Below are positions 1 to 8,686 of a DNA stretch of 64,000 nucleotides, piece by piece; the stretch's first letter is position 1, and each line of letters begins with the position of its first letter. This DNA is from Acidobacteriaceae bacterium (GTDB lineage: Bacteria > Acidobacteriota > Terriglobia > Terriglobales > Acidobacteriaceae). The position numbers and the translations under genes were made by a program. The notes beneath the pieces are model-generated. The model ran no database searches and was not told the origin of the DNA. It saw nothing but the letters and a program-made list of their open reading frames with translations. The DNA is taken from assembly GCA_049965615.1 (NCBI GenBank), contig JBMFWD010000013.1, forward strand, positions 2,337 through 66,336, read 5' to 3'.

Positions 1-1
1 G

Positions 2-340
2 ACGGTGGGGCTTTATGGGCAGGCGCTGCCGAACCAGAGTGGCGCTCCGGTGCGGATTATTGTGCCGTGGAAGTATGGGTTCAAGTCGCCGAAGTCGATT
101 GTGAAGATTGAGTTTGTGAAGAACCAGCCGGAGACAACGTGGAACGAGATTGCTCCGGATGCTTATGGGTTTTACTCGAATGTGAACCCGAATGTGGACC
201 GGGTGCAGTGGAGCCAGGCGCGGGAGCGGGTGATTGGCGCTCCGATATGGAAGCAACTGCAGCCGACGCAGATGTTCAACGGCTACGCGAACGAGGTGGC
301 GGGGCTTTACACGGGCATGGATTTGCGGCGGTATTACTAG
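2..340 (+). CDS. msrP: Methionine-sulfoxide reductase catalytic subunit, 3' part (5' truncated by window)
   Basis: [28 protein letters not shown] and YGFYSNVNP are typical MsrP/YedY motifs; msrQ follows. Confidence 0.92.
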   Translation, partial: TVGLYGQALPNQSGAPVRIIVPWKYGFKSPKSIVKIEFVKNQPETTWNEIAPDAYGFYSNVNPNVDRVQWSQARERVIGAPIWKQLQPTQMFNGYANEVAGLYTGMDLRRYY

Positions 341-370
341 CCGGATTTTGGGGAATGGGAAAAGCCGCTG

Positions 371-997
371 ATGCCGAAATGGTTGATTGTTGTACTGAAA
401 GTTGGCGTGCACCTGGCGTGTCTGCTGCCGGTGGCATGGCTGGTGTGGGGTGGGTACCAGAACACGCTGGGGCCTGATCCGACACACACGGTGACGTTTT
501 TTACCGGGCGGGGAACGCTGCGGCTGCTGGCGATTACGCTGGCGATTTCTCCGCTGCGGAAGATGTTTCCGAAGCGGCTGGGCTGGCTGATCAAGTTTCG
601 GCGGCTGGTTGGGATGTATGCGTTTTTCTACGCCTGCCTGCACTTGCTGACGTATGTGTGGCTGTATGCGGGCCTGAGCCTGAATGCGATGGTGCAGGAC
701 ATCAGCCAGCGGAAGTTTATTACCGCGGGGCTGGGGGCGTGGCTGCTGCTGCTGCCGCTGGCGGTTACTTCGACGTCGTGGTCGATACGGAAGATGGGCG
801 GGAAGAACTGGAACCGGCTGCACAAGCTGGTGTATGTGGCGGCTGTGGCGGGGCTGGTGCACTACTGGTGGGGCGTGAAGCCTGGGGTTTGGCGTCCGCT
901 TGGGATTACGTTGATTATTGGCGTGATTCTGGCGGCGCGTCCTCTGATTGCGGCCTGGAAGCGGCGGGAAGCTCCTGTGGCTGTGAAGATTGGATAA
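371..997 (+). CDS. msrQ: Heme-binding membrane subunit MsrQ (ferric reductase-like TM)
   Basis: RRLVGMYAFFYACLH and WNRLHKLVY heme-ligand motifs; hydrophobic; downstream of msrP. Confidence 0.92.
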   Translation: MPKWLIVVLKVGVHLACLLPVAWLVWGGYQNTLGPDPTHTVTFFTGRGTLRLLAITLAISPLRKMFPKRLGWLIKFRRLVGMYAFFYACLHLLTYVWLYAGLSLNAMVQDISQRKFITAGLGAWLLLLPLAVTSTSWSIRKMGGKNWNRLHKLVYVAAVAGLVHYWWGVKPGVWRPLGITLIIGVILAARPLIAAWKRREAPVAVKIG

Positions 998-1042
998 CTG
1001 TTAGCTGCTAGCCTTTCGCTCTTAGCTTGTGTGGTGGGCGCG

Positions 1043-1103
1043 GAACCGCAGATTTCTCCACTGCTTTCGCTCGCTGGTGCGAGCGAACTGCGGTCGAAAT
1101 GAC
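1043..1103 (+). repeat. REP-like palindromic repeat, family A (GCAGATTTCTC...CGGTCGAAATGAC)
   Basis: Inner hairpin TTCGCTCGC-TGGT-GCGAGCGAA (1066-1087); same ends as copies at 13840, 17516, 17602 and 37313. Confidence 0.8.
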
Positions 1104-1128
1104 TTTTCGTTGAGGTGAGTGCGTCCGA

Positions 1129-1170
1129 CCCCACTCATGCGCGATACGACCGCGCATGAATGGGGCACCC
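1129..1170 (+). repeat. REP-like palindromic repeat, family B (CCCCAYTCATGCG...CGCATGAATGGGG)
   Basis: 15-bp stem with one mismatch (1129-1143/1151-1165) followed by CACCC; sister copy at 1876. Confidence 0.8.
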
Positions 1171-1177
1171 GTCATGT

Positions 1178-1675
1178 CTATTGAGGTGGGGATTGGCGGG
1201 CTTTGCCGAGGGGCTTGGTCATGCGAACGAAGTGGCAGGGCATGGAGACGGGGCCTATCATTGCTGGCGGGATGGGTTCTGTGCCGGAGACGGTGTAGCC
1301 GAGGCGGTTGTAGTAGCCGGGGAGCTCCTGGCGGACGTTGACGATGGTGAGGTCGATGTGGAGTGCGCCCAGTTCGCGGGCGTATTCTTCTGCGGCGTTG
1401 ACGAGGCGGGTTCCGAGGCCGGTTTTCTGGCTGGCGGGATCGACGGAGAGCAGGCCGAGGTAGGCGCGGTCGCCTTTTAATTCGACGAAGACACAGGCCT
1501 GGGGGCGGTCTGGCGGTCCGGAGACGAGGAAGCGGCCCCGGTGGAAGTATTCGCGGGTGGATTCGGGGGTGAGGCGGTCGTTTTGCTTGAAGAATTTTTC
1601 GACGGCGAAGGCCCGGTTGATGAGGCCCATGAGGGCGGGGAGTTCGGGTTCGGTGGCGAAGCGCAGGTCAGTCAT
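1178..1675 (-). CDS. GNAT family N-acetyltransferase
   Basis: LSVDPASQKTGLGTRLV acetyl-CoA motif A; YYNRLGY. Confidence 0.85.
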   Translation of the reverse strand: MTDLRFATEPELPALMGLINRAFAVEKFFKQNDRLTPESTREYFHRGRFLVSGPPDRPQACVFVELKGDRAYLGLLSVDPASQKTGLGTRLVNAAEEYARELGALHIDLTIVNVRQELPGYYNRLGYTVSGTEPIPPAMIGPVSMPCHFVRMTKPLGKARQSPPQ

Positions 1676-1697
1676 GGTGATGAATTTAAGAGGCTTT

Positions 1698-1850
1698 GAC
1701 GCCCCCTATGGTTTTTGTGGGGGTGTTGTTGATTCTGTTGGGTTGGTTAAGGTTCTAACTTATGGTTGCTTGGAAAAGGCCTTTTCTGTCTGGCCTTTTG
1801 CGGGGCTTCTATTCTCAGAATAGCAATTTGGGGGTGAATTAACGGCAGGT
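1698..1850. other. T/G-rich multi-hairpin intergenic element
   Basis: Hairpins GACGCCCCC/GGGGGTGTT (1698-1727), AAAAGGCC/GGCCTTTT (1774-1799), CTATTC/GAATAG (1809-1823). Confidence 0.35.
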
Positions 1851-1875
1851 TTGTGGTGGATAAGTGGGGGCGTGA

Positions 1876-1910
1876 CCCCATTCATGCGGAAAGTGCTCGC
1901 ATGAATGGGG
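1876..1910 (+). repeat. REP-like palindromic repeat, family B
   Basis: Perfect 13-bp stem CCCCATTCATGCG/CGCATGAATGGGG with a 9-nt loop. Confidence 0.8.
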
Positions 1911-1940
1911 AAGCCGAAAGTTTGAGTGGAGTATTCGCCT

Positions 1941-1977
1941 GAAAATAGAAAAGCGCGCCTGTTGGGGCGCGCTTTTT
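1941..1977 (-). terminator. Intrinsic terminator (bidirectional-type) after the S41 protease gene
   Basis: AAAAGCGCGCC-loop-GGCGCGCTTTT with A/T tracts on both sides. Confidence 0.75.
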
Positions 1978-1995
1978 GGGTTTTCTGGGTGGGGT

Positions 1996-3621
1996 TTAGT
2001 GGGGGGCCCCGGGGTTTTCTTTGGCGGCTAGGTGCTGGGCGTCTGCCTTGAGGGCTCGCTGCTCGAGGGCTTGTGCCTGGGGCAGGAGGCCGAGGGCGGA
2101 CTGGATTTCGGGATCCCAGTTGTCGATGACGATCTGGCCGTCGCGGAAGCCGAAGGTGGAGATGAAGATCTGCGACTTGATGGTGGCCTTGAGCCAGGGG
2201 AGGACGGCGTTGACGTCTGCCGGGGTGAAGGAGATGTTTTTCGCTTTGAGGAAGTCCTGGAAGTCGTTGAGGACGGCGTCGTTGACTTCGAATTCCTTGG
2301 TGACCTTGTGGTCGACGATGTAGTGTTCTGCAAAGCGCTGGAAGACGTAGTGGGCGAGCAGGAGGCTCTGGAAGTCGTTGGACTTGGCGGGCGTGAGTTC
2401 GACGTCAGGGGTGATACCGCCGCCGCCGTACACGGTGCGGCCTGAGTCAGTGAGGTAGACTTTGCGATCTTTCTTGTTCTGATTGCCACGGTCGACGTAG
2501 TAGTAGTCGTAGAGCGAGACGCCGCTGTAGTTGCGCTGGATGAGGCGGCCGCTGGGCGTGAAGTAATGGTAGGTGGTGAGGGTGAGCCCGGTGCCGTAGG
2601 AGAGGCGGTAGACGGTCTGGACGAGGCCTTTACCGAATGTGGTTTGTCCGGCTACGAGGGCGCGGTCGTGATCCTGGAGGGCGCCGGTGATGATTTCGGC
2701 AGCAGAAGCGGTTCCGTGACTCACGAGGACGACGATGGGGAAATCCGCGCCGTGGTTGCCGGTGGTGGCGCGGTAGATTTCCTCAGGGTAGGCGCGACCG
2801 CGCTGGGAGACGATGACCTGTCCGCGCTTGAGGAGGCGGTTGCAGACGCTGACGGCTTCGACGAGGACGCCGCCGGGATTTCCGCGGAGGTCGAGGATCA
2901 GGCCGTTCTGGTGGGGGACTTCCTTGAGGGCGGCGGCGAATTCCGGGCCGGTTGTTTCCTGAATCTGCTTGATGTGGATGTAGGCGATGCCGGGGCGGAT
3001 GTCGTAGGCGACATCGATGCTGGGGTTGGGGATTTCGTCGCGGGTGAGGGTGAAGGTGATGGGCTTGGGCGAACCTACTCGGTCCATGGTGACGTGGACG
3101 GAGGTTCCTTTTTCGCCCTTGAGGAGGTTGGCCACGTCAGAGGACGACATGCCCTTGGTAGATTTGCCGTCAATGGACACGATGACGTCGCCGGGATGGA
3201 TGCCGGCCTTCCATGCGGGTGAGCCCTGCATGGGGTAGACGACGACGACTTGCTGTTCGCCGTGGATGAACTGGGGCTGGATGAGCATGCCGACGCCGTA
3301 GTAGTGGCCGCCCTCGTCCTGCTGCATGGCGGCGAAGGCCTTGGGATCGAAGAAGTTGGAGTGGGGGTCGAGGGTGCGCAGCATGGCTGGAATGGCGCCG
3401 TCGTAGATGATGCTGCTGGGCATTTTTCCGGTGATGGGGTCAGCGTAGTTTCTGGCGACGAGCTGGTAGACGCTGCTGAACCGCTCGAGGCTATTGCGGA
3501 AAGCGGTGTGATTGTCAGCAGACTGTGCGCCGACGCGATGGCTGAGCAGAAAGCCGCCGAGGCCGCAAGCTGTGAAGAAAACGACGAGGGAGAGGGCGGT
3601 GCGGCGAGCTGCGGATGACAT
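1996..3621 (-). CDS. S41A carboxyl-terminal processing protease (PDZ + S41)
   Basis: LILDLRGNPGG, TASAAEI and TFGKGLVQ (Ser/Lys dyad); N-terminal signal/TM. Start moved to MSSAARR (3621). Confidence 0.92.
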   Translation of the reverse strand: MSSAARRTALSLVVFFTACGLGGFLLSHRVGAQSADNHTAFRNSLERFSSVYQLVARNYADPITGKMPSSIIYDGAIPAMLRTLDPHSNFFDPKAFAAMQQDEGGHYYGVGMLIQPQFIHGEQQVVVVYPMQGSPAWKAGIHPGDVIVSIDGKSTKGMSSSDVANLLKGEKGTSVHVTMDRVGSPKPITFTLTRDEIPNPSIDVAYDIRPGIAYIHIKQIQETTGPEFAAALKEVPHQNGLILDLRGNPGGVLVEAVSVCNRLLKRGQVIVSQRGRAYPEEIYRATTGNHGADFPIVVLVSHGTASAAEIITGALQDHDRALVAGQTTFGKGLVQTVYRLSYGTGLTLTTYHYFTPSGRLIQRNYSGVSLYDYYYVDRGNQNKKDRKVYLTDSGRTVYGGGGITPDVELTPAKSNDFQSLLLAHYVFQRFAEHYIVDHKVTKEFEVNDAVLNDFQDFLKAKNISFTPADVNAVLPWLKATIKSQIFISTFGFRDGQIVIDNWDPEIQSALGLLPQAQALEQRALKADAQHLAAKENPGAPH

Positions 3622-3668
3622 TCGGAGGCGGAATCCTTGGGGGCCCTGCAAAGAGCTCAGATGCGTGC

Positions 3669-3677
3669 AGTATAGCA
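3669..3677 (-). promoter_or_regulatory. Extended -10 (TGcTATACT) for the S41 protease gene
   Basis: Sequence match about 50 nt upstream of the ATG at 3621. Confidence 0.4.
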
Positions 3678-3850
3678 TTCGGCCGGCATGGCGCGCTGTT
3701 GGGCGGAGCGCGCCGAGACGGGCGCGAGGCTGGTGCATTGGCTTTCATTGGACCAGACGTTTACACTCTGGAGAAGCGCTGCCTGACAACTCGCAAGTAC
3801 ATAAATGATATGGACGGCCGGATGGAGCGGGCGCGCTGCTGATTGGGATT

Positions 3851-5515
3851 GTGATAGTGATGAAGCTTCGATCGTTACCGATTCGCGCGATGCTGGCCGC
3901 CGGACTGGCTGTCGCCGTAGTACCGAGTTATGGACTTGGCCGCAACAATGGGGATAACCCGAGCCTGAGCTCGAACAGTACGTTGCCTTATCCGGGCACG
4001 GTTGTGGAACAGATTGTGGCGCGCGTGGACGACCAGGTGATTGACACGTCGGACTACCAGCGCGCGGAGAAGGACCTGGAGCAGGAAGCGAAGCAGGAGA
4101 ACTGGACGCCGGATCAGCTTGCGGAGCAGAAGAAGGATCTGCTGCGGAATCTGATCGACAAGCAACTGCTTCTGGCCAAGGGCAAGCAACTGGGGATTAC
4201 GGGCGAAGACGCGCTGATTCACCGGCTGGATGAGATCCGCAAACAGAACCACCTCGCTTCGATGCAGGCGCTGCAGCAGGCCGTGGAGTCGCAGGGTCTT
4301 TCCTGGCAGGACTTCAAGCAGCAGATTCGGCAGAGCATTATCACTTCCAGTGTGATTCGGCAGAAGGTGACGCCGAATATTCGTATCAGCCCATCGGAAG
4401 TGCAGGCTTATTACGACCAGCACAAGAGCGAGTACAAGCATCCGGAGCAGGTGCGGCTGAGCGAGATTCTGATACCGACGCCGAACCCGGATGATGCTGC
4501 GCAGGTGGCGAAAGCGAAGGGCGAAGCGGACTCGATTTACCAGAAGCTGAAGGGCGGGGCGGACTTTGCGAAGCTGGCGAAGGAAGACTCGAAGGGTCCG
4601 ATGGCGAGCCAGGGCGGCGATCTTGGGGTATTCACCAAGGGGCAACTTGCGCCGGTGCTGGAGAAGGACACGTTCTCGCTGAAGAAGGGCCAGTTTACGA
4701 AGCCGATTGAAACGCGACAGGGCTGGATCATCCTGGAGGTGACCCAGCACGAGGACGCGGGGGTTGCTCCGCTGAACCAGGTGCAGAACCAGATCATGGA
4801 CGCGATCGGTTACGCGAAGATGCAGCCGGCGCTGCGGCAGTACCTGTCGAAACTGCGGACGGAAGCGTACATCGATATTCGTCCGGGTTACACGGACACA
4901 GGTGCGACATCGAATGAGATCAAGCCTACGTACAGCGCGTATCTGCCTCCTTCGGAAAAGACGAAGAAGGTGGTCCACTATCGCCGGAAGCGGTTTGATT
5001 CGAAACGGACTTTGGCCAAGCGCGAGCGCGAGCGGAAGAAGGAAGGCACGCAGAAGCTGGGCAAGCGCGAGAAGATTCGGTACGGGCAGGCTCCGCGTGA
5101 GGCGCTGCCACCGGCGCTGAACCAGACGGACCTGAACAGCCAGGGCGGACAGGTAGCTGCGAACAACGCGGCCGAGGCCGCGTTGAGCAGCCAGAATTCG
5201 CAGATTGAGAAGCCGAAGAAGGTACGCTACTCGAGCCTGGCGAAGAAGCGGGCCGAGAAGAATAAGGTCGAGAAGAAGAAGGTGGACACGCACCATCCGA
5301 TGCCGGTTGTGGGCCAGTTGAACAAGGCGACGCAGCAGGAGCAGGAGAGTTCGCTGGGCCTGGGCGGCGTGACGCCGAAGAAGAAAAAGGCGCATCCGCT
5401 GCGGCAGGGTCCGAAGCGGCGTTACACGAATGTGCAGGATAAGAAGGATCAGAAGAGGGACGATTCGAGTACGAATTCTGATTCGAGCACAGGGAACGGG
5501 AGCACGCAGCAGTAA
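3851..5515 (+). CDS. SurA/PrsA-like peptidyl-prolyl isomerase with long basic C-terminal tail
   Basis: Signal peptide, SurA-N region (IVARVDDQVI), parvulin domain (DFAKLAKEDS..GGDLG..PIETRQGWIIL); start GTG 3851 or ATG 3860. Confidence 0.85.
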   Translation: MIVMKLRSLPIRAMLAAGLAVAVVPSYGLGRNNGDNPSLSSNSTLPYPGTVVEQIVARVDDQVIDTSDYQRAEKDLEQEAKQENWTPDQLAEQKKDLLRNLIDKQLLLAKGKQLGITGEDALIHRLDEIRKQNHLASMQALQQAVESQGLSWQDFKQQIRQSIITSSVIRQKVTPNIRISPSEVQAYYDQHKSEYKHPEQVRLSEILIPTPNPDDAAQVAKAKGEADSIYQKLKGGADFAKLAKEDSKGPMASQGGDLGVFTKGQLAPVLEKDTFSLKKGQFTKPIETRQGWIILEVTQHEDAGVAPLNQVQNQIMDAIGYAKMQPALRQYLSKLRTEAYIDIRPGYTDTGATSNEIKPTYSAYLPPSEKTKKVVHYRRKRFDSKRTLAKRERERKKEGTQKLGKREKIRYGQAPREALPPALNQTDLNSQGGQVAANNAAEAALSSQNSQIEKPKKVRYSSLAKKRAEKNKVEKKKVDTHHPMPVVGQLNKATQQEQESSLGLGGVTPKKKKAHPLRQGPKRRYTNVQDKKDQKRDDSSTNSDSSTGNGSTQQ

Positions 5516-5538
5516 GCCGCACACAGGGAATACGACAG

Positions 5539-6573
5539 ATGAAAGAGCCGATGGTCGCCGATCTTGGACGCTACGAGAATGAGTCGATCACCGGCTTTTT
5601 CTGCGTTGCTCAGAAGAGCGTGCGGAACAAGAAGGACGGCGCGCCGTATCTTGCGCTGACGCTGGCCGACAGCAGCGGGCAGATTGAGTGCCGGATGTGG
5701 GACGCGGGCGAAGCGAGTGAGTTTGTGCAGGGCGATGTGGTGAAGATTCGCGGGCAGGTGAGCCGGTACAAGGAACAGTTGCAGATCACGGCCGACCGGC
5801 TGCGGAAGGCCGCGGCGGGGGAGTACTCGGTGGCGGATTTTGTGCCAGCGACGGAGCGCGACGTGGATGAGATGTGGGCGGAGCTGGAAGAGTGGGTGTC
5901 CACGATGAAGGACGCGGATTTTGCGCGTCTGGCGCGGACCTTTCTGGACGATGCGGATATCCGTTCGGCTCTGCAGGAAGCTCCGGCGGCGAAGGCGCTG
6001 CACCATGCGTGGATTGGCGGATTGCTGGAGCATATTTTGTCGCTGATGGGCGTGGCGGATGCGGTGGTGCGGCGGTATCCGGGAGCGAACCGGGATTTGC
6101 TGCTGACGGGCGTGCTGCTGCATGACATCGGAAAGCTGAAAGAGCTGCGCTGGGCCACGAGTTTTGAGTACACGCTGCCGGGGCAGTTGCTGGGGCACAT
6201 CACGATCGGTGTGCGGATGGTGGAAGAAAAGATTGCGGTGCTGGGGGATTTTCCGGAAGAGAAGCGGGTGCTGGTGGAGCACATGATTTTGAGCCATCAC
6301 GGGCGGTATGAGTTTGGCTCGCCGAAGCTGCCGATGATTCCGGAGGCGATTTTGCTGCACTACCTGGACGATATGGACGCGAAGATGCAGACGATGCAGG
6401 TGGAGTTTGCGCGCGCGGCGACGAACGGGCGGGATGCGGCGGATATGACGGACTGGGTGCGGTCGATGGAGCGGCCGGTGTTGAACACGGCGGCGTATTT
6501 GAAGACGAGCGTGGTGGAAGAAAGAACTGAGGAGAACGAGGCGATTCCGAATGGCCTACCTTTTGAAGACTGA
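5539..6573 (+). CDS. YhaM/Cbf1-like 3'-5' exonuclease (OB-fold + HD domain)
   Basis: N-terminal OB fold; PAAKALHHAWIGGLLEH, LLHDIGKLKE, HMILSHHG, LHYLDDMDAK. Confidence 0.88.
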   Translation: MKEPMVADLGRYENESITGFFCVAQKSVRNKKDGAPYLALTLADSSGQIECRMWDAGEASEFVQGDVVKIRGQVSRYKEQLQITADRLRKAAAGEYSVADFVPATERDVDEMWAELEEWVSTMKDADFARLARTFLDDADIRSALQEAPAAKALHHAWIGGLLEHILSLMGVADAVVRRYPGANRDLLLTGVLLHDIGKLKELRWATSFEYTLPGQLLGHITIGVRMVEEKIAVLGDFPEEKRVLVEHMILSHHGRYEFGSPKLPMIPEAILLHYLDDMDAKMQTMQVEFARAATNGRDAADMTDWVRSMERPVLNTAAYLKTSVVEERTEENEAIPNGLPFED

Positions 6574-6931
6574 GCCGGAAGTGTATTCGATTGATGACCT
6601 GGAGCGTGACGGCGAGACGGTGTGGGATGGCGTTGCGAATCCGCAAGCTGTGGGCTACCTGGCGCGGATGCCGGTGGGCGAGAATCTAGTGATTTATCAC
6701 ACGGGCAATGAGCGCTGCGCGGCGGGACTGGCCAAGTGCGTGGCGGTGAATGCGGAGAATCCGAAGGTGCCGGAGGTGCGGATACAGTTTGTAAAGAAGC
6801 TGAATAAGCGGCGGACGCTGGCGGAGATGAAAGAGTTGCAGCTGTTTGCGGATTCGCCGCTGGTGAAGCAGGGGCGGCTGGGTGTGGTTCCGCTGACGGC
6901 GGCGCAGTATGCGTGGATTGCGGGCAAGTAG
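6551..6931 (+). CDS. EVE domain protein
   Basis: YLLKTEP..YSIDDL...WDGVANPQA, YHTG, QGRLGVVPLT; overlaps the yhaM-like stop by 23 nt. Confidence 0.9.
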   Translation: MAYLLKTEPEVYSIDDLERDGETVWDGVANPQAVGYLARMPVGENLVIYHTGNERCAAGLAKCVAVNAENPKVPEVRIQFVKKLNKRRTLAEMKELQLFADSPLVKQGRLGVVPLTAAQYAWIAGK

Positions 6932-6989
6932 CGGTTGGGCGAGGAGTTAGCGGGAAAAATCATCTACAATCGAAGAAGAACTGACGCCT

Positions 6990-8171
6990 ATGCTTCGATT
7001 TTCGACTGCCGGGGAATCTCACGGCGAAAGCCTGATTGCCCTGGTTTCCGGCGTGCCAGCCGGAGTTCCAATTGACCAGGATTATGTGAACCGCGAACTG
7101 TGGCGCCGCCAGCAGGGCTACGGGCGCGGTGGACGTATGCGCATTGAGCAGGACACGGCGCATATTTTGAGTGGAGTGCGCCACGGGCACACGATTGGTT
7201 CGCCGATTGCGATGGAGATTGCGAATCGCGACTGGAAGAACTGGACTGAGGTGCTGCCGGTGGAGACGGGCGACCCGGAAAAGCACAAGGCTGTGGCCTC
7301 GCCTCGGCCGGGACATGCGGACCTTGCGGGCGCTCTGAAGTACGACTTTCCCGAAGCGCGGTACGTGCTGGAGCGGGCCTCGGCGCGTGAGTCTACGGCG
7401 CGCGTGGCGGCGGGTGCGATTGCGAAGCTGCTGCTGAAGGCGCTTGGCATCGATGTGCTGAGCCATGTGATTCGCGTGGGGTCGACGGAGCTTGCGCGCG
7501 AGGCGCAGTGGGACGAGATTGTCGCGCTTTACCACAATGAAGAAGTGATGCTGGGCTGTGTGGATGCCGACACCGAGGCGAAGATGAAGGCCGAGGTGGA
7601 CCACGCGCTGCGGACGAAGGATACGATTGGCGGCGTGTTTGAGGTGATTGTGCACGGCGCCCCGGCGGGCATTGGCACTTATGCGAATTGGGATGAGCGG
7701 CTGGACGGAGTGCTGGCGCAGGCGGTGATGTCACTGCAGGCGGTGAAGGCGGTGGAGATTGGCCGCGGCGTGACGGCGGCGGCTTCACTGGGCTCGGACG
7801 TGCATGATGCGATTGGTTATGCGGCCGAGGGCGAGGCGCACGGGCACACGCGCTTTACTCGCGAGCGAAACAACGCAGGCGGGATTGAAGGCGGCATCTC
7901 AAACGGTGAGGACGTGATTTTGCGCGGATATCTGAAGCCGATTTCGACGCTGCGGCAGCCGCTGGCTTCGGTGCGGTTTGATACGCGCGAGGAGACAAAG
8001 GCGGCTTACGAACGCAGCGACGTGTGTGTGGTTCCTGCGGCCGGCGTGGCGGCTGAGTCGATGGTGGCGCTGGCGTTTGCGCGACTAATGCTGGAGAAAT
8101 TCGGAGGCGATTCGCTGCGGGAGCTGAAACGTAACTATGACGGTTACCTGGAGCAGATTCGCAGGTTTTAA
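6990..8171 (+). CDS. aroC: Chorismate synthase
   Basis: TAGESHG, RPGHAD, ERASARE, NNAGGIEGGISNG, RSDVC. Confidence 0.97.
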   Translation: MLRFSTAGESHGESLIALVSGVPAGVPIDQDYVNRELWRRQQGYGRGGRMRIEQDTAHILSGVRHGHTIGSPIAMEIANRDWKNWTEVLPVETGDPEKHKAVASPRPGHADLAGALKYDFPEARYVLERASARESTARVAAGAIAKLLLKALGIDVLSHVIRVGSTELAREAQWDEIVALYHNEEVMLGCVDADTEAKMKAEVDHALRTKDTIGGVFEVIVHGAPAGIGTYANWDERLDGVLAQAVMSLQAVKAVEIGRGVTAAASLGSDVHDAIGYAAEGEAHGHTRFTRERNNAGGIEGGISNGEDVILRGYLKPISTLRQPLASVRFDTREETKAAYERSDVCVVPAAGVAAESMVALAFARLMLEKFGGDSLRELKRNYDGYLEQIRRF

Positions 8172-8174
8172 GAG

Positions 8175-8684
8175 ATGATTCGACCGATTGTTAAGTATCC
8201 TGAACCGATTCTGCAGCAGCCGACCGAGCTGGTGACGGAGTTCAATGAAGAGCTGCGCACGCTGGTGGACGACATGTTTGAGTCCATGTACGCGGCAAAG
8301 GGCATTGGGCTTGCGGCGCCGCAGATTGGCGTGGGCAAGCGGCTCACGGTGATCGACCTGAGCAACAAGGAGAATCCGGACGAGAAGCTGGTGCTGATTA
8401 ATCCGGAAGTGATTGAGACGCAGGGGCGGCTATACGAGGAAGAAGGCTGCCTGAGTTTACCGGAGATTCGCGAGAAGGTGGTGCGCGCGGCGAGGGTGAA
8501 GGTGCGGGCGCAGAACCTGGACGGCGATTGGTTCGAGATAGAAGGCGAGGAGTTGCTGGCGCGTGCTTTGCAGCATGAGATCGACCATCTGGACGGTGTG
8601 CTGTTTATTTTCAGGATGAGCGGGCTGAAGCGGGATCTGATCTTGCGGAAGATTCGCAAGCTGCAGCGCGCGGGCGAGTGGTAG
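8175..8684 (+). CDS. def: Peptide deformylase
   Basis: GIGLAAPQIG, EGCLS, QHEIDHLDG. Confidence 0.97.
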   Translation: MIRPIVKYPEPILQQPTELVTEFNEELRTLVDDMFESMYAAKGIGLAAPQIGVGKRLTVIDLSNKENPDEKLVLINPEVIETQGRLYEEEGCLSLPEIREKVVRAARVKVRAQNLDGDWFEIEGEELLARALQHEIDHLDGVLFIFRMSGLKRDLILRKIRKLQRAGEW

Positions 8685-8686
8685 GG

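Noticed and set aside
1178-1675. GNAT as a toxin of a toxin-antitoxin pair
   Set aside because: No adjacent RHH/DUF1778 antitoxin ORF; the sequence looks like an ordinary small-molecule acetyltransferase
3875-5524. 549-aa antisense ORF; similar long ORFs at 9020-10546, 20571-21860, 37458-38864, 48199-49998, 60706-61974 and 62018-62938
   Set aside because: They are shadow frames opposite well-supported genes, with R/H/P/L-rich composition and no family motifs; expected in high-GC, strand-biased DNA
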